From Actinoplanes philippinensis (lineage in GTDB: Bacteria; Actinomycetota; Actinomycetes; Mycobacteriales; Micromonosporaceae), in NCBI RefSeq assembly GCF_900113015.1, contig NZ_FONV01000011.1, positions 374,034 to 398,033 on the forward strand: a stretch of 24,000 nt of DNA, written 5' to 3'. The notes below the pieces were generated by a model that saw only the letters and a program-made list of their open reading frames with translations, was not told where the DNA came from and did no database searches. Numbering within the stretch: position 1 is the stretch's first letter; each line of letters starts with the position of its first letter. The position numbers were made by a program, and so were the translations under genes. Below, in pieces: positions 19,901 to 24,000 of the stretch.

Positions 19901-20029
19901 CTTGATCGCGACTTCTCGGTGCAGGACGACATCCGTCGCTCGCCAGACACGTCCCATCCCGCCCTGACCGAGCGGCGCGACGAGCCGGTAACGATCAGCG
20001 ACAACGAGTGGGGGAGAAGAAGACATCAC
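16913..20029 (-). CDS. Transmembrane serine/threonine protein kinase with long low-complexity linker
   Basis: [92 protein letters not shown]; ~130-aa extracytoplasmic C-terminal domain. Confidence 0.93.
   Translation of the reverse strand: [1038 protein letters not shown]
18023..18117. repeat. 21-bp tandem repeat within the kinase gene (gtctgagcggcggccgcgccc), encoding AQTGAAA heptads
   Basis: At least four near-identical 21-bp units read directly; protein [30 protein letters not shown]. Confidence 0.9.
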
Positions 20030-20127
20030 GCAGAAAATACCTGGTTCTGTCGAGCGGCCGCGAATTGATCAGCCGAGTGTGGGACACGTGTCACCGGATC
20101 TCCGGGGCTCCGTCGTACGCTCGGTTG

Positions 20128-20331
20128 ATGAATGAGGAACCGCTGGTCAGCGTCGTACGAGGAAGCCTAGACGATCATGAGGTGGCAGCGCTGGCCGCCA
20201 TCCTGGCATCTCGATCCACTTCGGTCAATTGCCCCACGCCGCCCCAACCCACCTCAGACTGGCTCCGCTCCGCCCGCCCCGGAGCCCCCTTCCGGAACTG
20301 GCAGACTTCGGCCCGGCCAGGGATTCGCTGA
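20128..20331 (+). CDS. accE: Acyl-CoA carboxylase epsilon subunit-like protein (67 aa)
   Basis: Inside ORF 20008..20331: MNEEPLVSVVRGSLDDHEVAALAAILASRSTSVNCPTPPQPTSDWLRSARPGAPFRNWQTSARPGIR, matching the AccE pattern of VVRG..(D/E)ELAAL..(V/I)L..R followed by a Trp/Arg-rich tail. Confidence 0.72.
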   Translation: MNEEPLVSVVRGSLDDHEVAALAAILASRSTSVNCPTPPQPTSDWLRSARPGAPFRNWQTSARPGIR

Positions 20332-20339
20332 CCTTTCAG
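20315..20339 (+). repeat. Direct repeat copy A (ggccagggattcgctgacctttcag)
   Basis: Near-identical to 21073-21096 (ggccaggattcgctaaccttccag): two substitutions and one indel. Confidence 0.75.
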
Positions 20340-21072
20340 GCTCACCGGCCCATCCCCGGCCCGGCCCGCGTGCGGGACCACGCCGACGCGGACGTCCAGA
20401 ACGGCAACGCGTCGCACACCCAGCCTGTCAGCCCCTGCCCATGGCTGCGAAGCCTTCACCCGGGCCAACCTCGCGACCGCCTGACTGCCACGGCCTCTCC
20501 AGGAACGCGACGTGCAGATCGAGAACCACCGGGAGCTGTCCACAGGCACGGGGTCTTCTCCCACCGGGCCCTCGAACGCAACGTGAAGAAGGGCACCTGG
20601 CGGCGACCAGATCGGCCGGACCAACGACATGGACATCGCCGGCCACGGCGGGAGCGCCACCACCGGAGCTTCGGAGATCGTCCCGAGGCAGGACTCCTCC
20701 CGATCGGGGCGACCGGCTACCAACCACAACGAAAATGGCACCGTCGAAAGAATCCGGTGGGCCGCCGCGGGTGCGGCGTGATGAACATCTCCGCTGGCAA
20801 CCCGCCGTCGTTCGTCCTCAACGAAGGCGACCGTCTAGTTGGACGATGGTCGTGGCCGCCTCCGGCCAGAAATCAGACACGCTGCTGTGTTGCCCTAGCC
20901 GGGCCGCGATGCAACGCTCACCGCCGTCGTCCTTCCCGCCCTGGCCATCCGGCACCGCCTACGAGCAGGCCTCTGACAGCCGGCTCACCTTATGGGGGGC
21001 GACGTTGGCCCTCCAGCCCGCAAATCCCAGCCAACGGCGCTGAGCCGTCATCCACAGGGGGGCGGTAGGGGT

Positions 21073-21096
21073 GGCCAGGATTCGCTAACCTTCCAG
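21073..21096 (+). repeat. Direct repeat copy B, 32 bp upstream of the 21129 gene
   Basis: See copy A at 20315-20339. Confidence 0.75.
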
Positions 21097-21128
21097 AGTC
21101 ATTCGCCGAGTGTCGATGGGGGCCGCCG

Positions 21129-21539
21129 ATGCCTATAGACAACGAGCCTGTGTACCGGAGCTCGGTAGACAACTACGATCTCACCGACATCGATGGGATC
21201 GAGGCCGACATCGCCGCGATGGAGGAGTTCGCCGCCGGGCTGAAGGCCGACCTCGAACAGAACTACATGCCCCACGCCGACCTCGTCGCCGAGAAGATGC
21301 TCGCCGAGCCACTCAGAGCGGGCGAGTTCTACGAGTTCGACCAGTTCTTGTTCACCCACACGCAGGTCCAGGACGCGACCTTCCTCAACGTGGACAACTA
21401 CGTCATCGGGACCTATCAGTTCGCCACCTCTGCCGAACAGATCAGTGCCAAGTATCGCGGCTCCGACGCATTCTCCCGCGCCAAGCTCTCGGACGTCGAT
21501 GCCGCCTTCCGGACGACTGGAGGCCCGAGTGGCTCTTGA
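21129..21539 (+). CDS. Small helical protein, candidate type VII secretion-associated partner
   Basis: 136 aa, predominantly helix-forming and acidic, about 100-aa core; contains YRGSD (YxxxD) near its C-terminal part; translationally coupled to the next gene (stop overlaps start by 11 nt). No canonical WxG. Confidence 0.55.
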   Translation: MPIDNEPVYRSSVDNYDLTDIDGIEADIAAMEEFAAGLKADLEQNYMPHADLVAEKMLAEPLRAGEFYEFDQFLFTHTQVQDATFLNVDNYVIGTYQFATSAEQISAKYRGSDAFSRAKLSDVDAAFRTTGGPSGS

Positions 21540-22839
21540 CTCGGGGGGTGGCGCCGGAGACCGCCCGGAAAGATTCACCTACATGCAGGTCGACGCGATG
21601 TGGGCCATGCTGAGCTTCCATGACAACGCTCCGCATTACCAGGCGCTTGAAGGCTGGAAGCGGTCCTACGAACTTGTTCTGATGCACCGGACGCAGGTCG
21701 AAAAGTACAAGGAAAAGCTGATCACAGCGTGGCCTCCGGAGCGAAACAAGGCGGCGCGCTCGTATGTCGAGCGCCTCGACCACCTCATCGACAGCCTCAC
21801 CGAGACTTATGAGGCGTCGATCACCAACTACACCGCGTACTCGAGCGCCCTGGCCGCCGTCGATGACATCAAGCGGAAGATGGACCTCATCCAGCAGGAA
21901 CATTCCGCAAACACGGCAGCACTCGCCGAGTACGACGAGGATTTGAAGACTCGGCCACGGGCCTTCAGCAAGGCCGGCGCTCCGCCTCCCCCGCCGTCGC
22001 CCGTCGCCGCAGGCCGGCAGGAGGAACTGCGCCTGCAGGCCGTGAGCCTCATGACCGGCTTGACCGCCGAACTAGCCACGGCCCAGACCTCCCTGGTTGC
22101 CCCTCGGCCATACGAACCTTTGCGCATTGTCAACGACAGTAGCGAATCGGTAGGAAACGGGGGAATAAGCCCGATCCTGCCAGGCACAGCTTCGTTCCCC
22201 GCGCGCGTCACGACATCGTCGCGGGCCTCGCGACCGAGGACTCCCATTACGGCACCTCAGAGAGATCTGACTCAGTCCCGACCGGCGCAACCCTCACCCA
22301 GTAAGACACCATCTGGAGGGCCCATCCTCGGCGGAACGAAGCAGCCACAGGCTCCTTCACCAAATCTTCCGTCATCGACACCAACTACATTCACTCCAAC
22401 TCCTAACTCCACCGATCCATTAAACTTCGCACCATCACAAAACCCTTCTCAATCGCCGATTTTCCCCCGCAGTCCGGCCACTAACAACACTGGGCTGGGG
22501 GCAGTTCCACCCGTCACCGGATCACGAGGAACCGCCTCGCCCCTCCATGGGGGCGTTATCGGTGGCACACCACCCATCGGGAGTTCGCCCTCCGGCCGCA
22601 GGGGCAACATGGGAGGCCTAACGCGAGGCGGGCAAAGGATTAATCCAATCGGCGGAATGATCGGACAAGAGGGCGCAGTCACACCCAGGCGAGGTGGAAG
22701 CTCTCGCAAAGAAGACGAAGCACGCTTCCTGAACTGGGATCCCGATAACCCGTGGGAAACCAACAGCGGCGTCGATCCAGTTCTGTCTCCACCTCCGGAG
22801 CAAAAGATCAACCCTGGGCCGACTATCGGTGGACGCTAA
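21529..22839 (+). CDS. PPE/WXG-like N-terminal helical domain with long Pro/Thr/Ser/Gly-rich tail; candidate T7SS substrate
   Basis: GTG at 21529 with GGAGG 6 nt upstream. N-terminal ~150 aa helical (ALEGWKRSYELVLMHRTQVEKYKEKLITAWPPERNKAARSYVERLDHLIDSL...), then disordered, ending FLNWDPDNPWETNSGVDPVLSPPPEQKINPGPTIGGR. Confidence 0.6.
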   Translation: MALDSGGGAGDRPERFTYMQVDAMWAMLSFHDNAPHYQALEGWKRSYELVLMHRTQVEKYKEKLITAWPPERNKAARSYVERLDHLIDSLTETYEASITNYTAYSSALAAVDDIKRKMDLIQQEHSANTAALAEYDEDLKTRPRAFSKAGAPPPPPSPVAAGRQEELRLQAVSLMTGLTAELATAQTSLVAPRPYEPLRIVNDSSESVGNGGISPILPGTASFPARVTTSSRASRPRTPITAPQRDLTQSRPAQPSPSKTPSGGPILGGTKQPQAPSPNLPSSTPTTFTPTPNSTDPLNFAPSQNPSQSPIFPRSPATNNTGLGAVPPVTGSRGTASPLHGGVIGGTPPIGSSPSGRRGNMGGLTRGGQRINPIGGMIGQEGAVTPRRGGSSRKEDEARFLNWDPDNPWETNSGVDPVLSPPPEQKINPGPTIGGR

Positions 22840-23980
22840 GGTGAGAATTTTCATCACGGCAACCCTTGTAGCAAATTTCGTATCTATGACTCTATTCCCA
22901 GGGCTTCCAGCTAGAGCTGATCAGATACGAGAACTGCAATGGCATGTTAATTACCTGCACCTAGAAGAGGCTCATCGGATCACTAAGGGGCGCGGAGTCA
23001 TAGTCGCCGTCCCAGACACCGGCGTATCTCCCCATCTCGATTTGAAAAATAATCTCACAAAGGGGGTCGACACAAGAGCAGGCGGAGACGGGATCGGACA
23101 AAGTGACCATAATGGCCATGGCACGCAGATGGCGGGCCTAATATCTGCGCATGGGCATGGAAACAACGATGGCGTTATAGGAGTAGCCCCGGAAGCACAG
23201 ATTCTTCCTATTATGTCACTGGACTCAGAGGGCCGCGGAGCGGGCGTCGAAAAGGGAATAAAATGGGCCGCACAGGCGGGCGCCGACGTTATTAACGTGT
23301 CCAGCGTCGGTGGAGCTTCTCGCCCCCTTAGTGATGCCATCGCCGCAGCAGCCCGAGCCGACTCAGTTGTGGTGGCCGGCACAGGCAATACTTCCACGAG
23401 TCCGAAATTGGGATACCCTGCCGCAATTCCAGGGGTCCTAGCAGTCGGGGCGATTGACCGAAGTGGCAAGCATGCAGATTTTTCTATCACCGGACCGAAG
23501 GTTGAGATTTGCGCCCCCGGTGTCGATATAGTATCAATCGACTTGAACGGCAAGTACTCGAAAAGCAAGGGAACGTCGAGCGCCACGGCAATCGTTTCAG
23601 GTGCGGCAGCGCTTGTGCGTGCGAAGTTTCCCGATCTATCAGCGGCTGAGGTTATACACCGTCTGACTGCAACAGCTGATGATAACGGCGCTCCAGGACG
23701 AGATGACGAGTGCGGCTACGGGGTACTCAACGTTGTGAAGGCATTGACCGCTGACGTCCCTCCGCTCAGTTCTACTGGTGGAACTGCATCGGCGGCGCCA
23801 CGAACTTCCGACTCGGCTCCCGCAGGGATTTCAACGCCTTCGATAACCCCTTCGGGCACCGCGTCACCTCCTGAACCTGCTGGCTCTCAACTACCGCTTC
23901 TTGCCGGCATCGGGATCGCCACCGCCGCGGTAGGAGTACTACTAGCGATTCTGGTTCGGCGGCGACGGGCCGCCTCCTAA
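22829..23980 (+). CDS. S8 family serine peptidase, mycosin-like (type VII secretion-associated)
   Basis: Signal peptide-like N-terminus; triad VAVPDTGVS, NGHGTQMAGLI, KGTSSATAIVSGAAAL; C-terminal Pro/Ser/Thr linker then TM LPLLAGIGIATAAVGVLLAILVRRRR. Start 22829 overlaps the previous stop; alternative GTG at 22841. Confidence 0.88.
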   Translation: MDAKVRIFITATLVANFVSMTLFPGLPARADQIRELQWHVNYLHLEEAHRITKGRGVIVAVPDTGVSPHLDLKNNLTKGVDTRAGGDGIGQSDHNGHGTQMAGLISAHGHGNNDGVIGVAPEAQILPIMSLDSEGRGAGVEKGIKWAAQAGADVINVSSVGGASRPLSDAIAAAARADSVVVAGTGNTSTSPKLGYPAAIPGVLAVGAIDRSGKHADFSITGPKVEICAPGVDIVSIDLNGKYSKSKGTSSATAIVSGAAALVRAKFPDLSAAEVIHRLTATADDNGAPGRDDECGYGVLNVVKALTADVPPLSSTGGTASAAPRTSDSAPAGISTPSITPSGTASPPEPAGSQLPLLAGIGIATAAVGVLLAILVRRRRAAS

Positions 23981-24000
23981 ATGCTGCGCCCTCCAATCGA

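Noticed and set aside
20332-21068. Overlapping ORFs (20175..20741 -, 20177..21043 +, 20229..21068 +) in the block before the secretion module
   Set aside because: No motif, multiple simultaneously open frames, no ribosome-binding site tied to a plausible start. A decayed gene is possible but unsupported.

Overview
High-GC actinobacterial chromosomal window; the gene order and protein types suggest a Micromonosporaceae/Actinoplanes-like host, which is inference. Most of it is housekeeping: class II fructose-1,6-bisphosphatase (glpX), rhomboid protease, secreted S1 protease, lytic transglycosylase-like protein, PhoH family protein, trehalose phosphatase (otsB), a cis-prenyltransferase, GTP-dependent PEP carboxykinase (pckG), a sigma factor with a C-terminal HxxxCxxC motif, two tandem GtrA proteins, a PH-domain membrane protein, birA, an acyl-CoA carboxylase beta chain, an M50 protease, a large Ser/Thr kinase, and a 67-aa AccE-like epsilon subunit that the ORF track hides inside a longer ORF. 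The right end (21129-23980) is a compositionally distinct three-gene module: a small helical protein, a PPE/WXG-like proline-rich protein with an in-frame TTA codon, and a mycosin-like subtilase. It looks like the edge of a type VII secretion-associated locus that continues past the window. The most unusual non-coding signal is a ~100-nt repeat family. Copies begin with GGTACGG 11-25 nt downstream of stop codons at both convergent junctions (glpX/rhomboid and otsB/uppS). In the first junction two copies form a large imperfect inverted repeat flanking three 20-bp tandem repeats. Other signals include a CRP/GlxR-like palindrome upstream of the transglycosylase gene, strong hairpins after the transglycosylase and pckG genes, a leaderless-type start for otsB, and a CTAG shared as the stop codon of two convergent genes.
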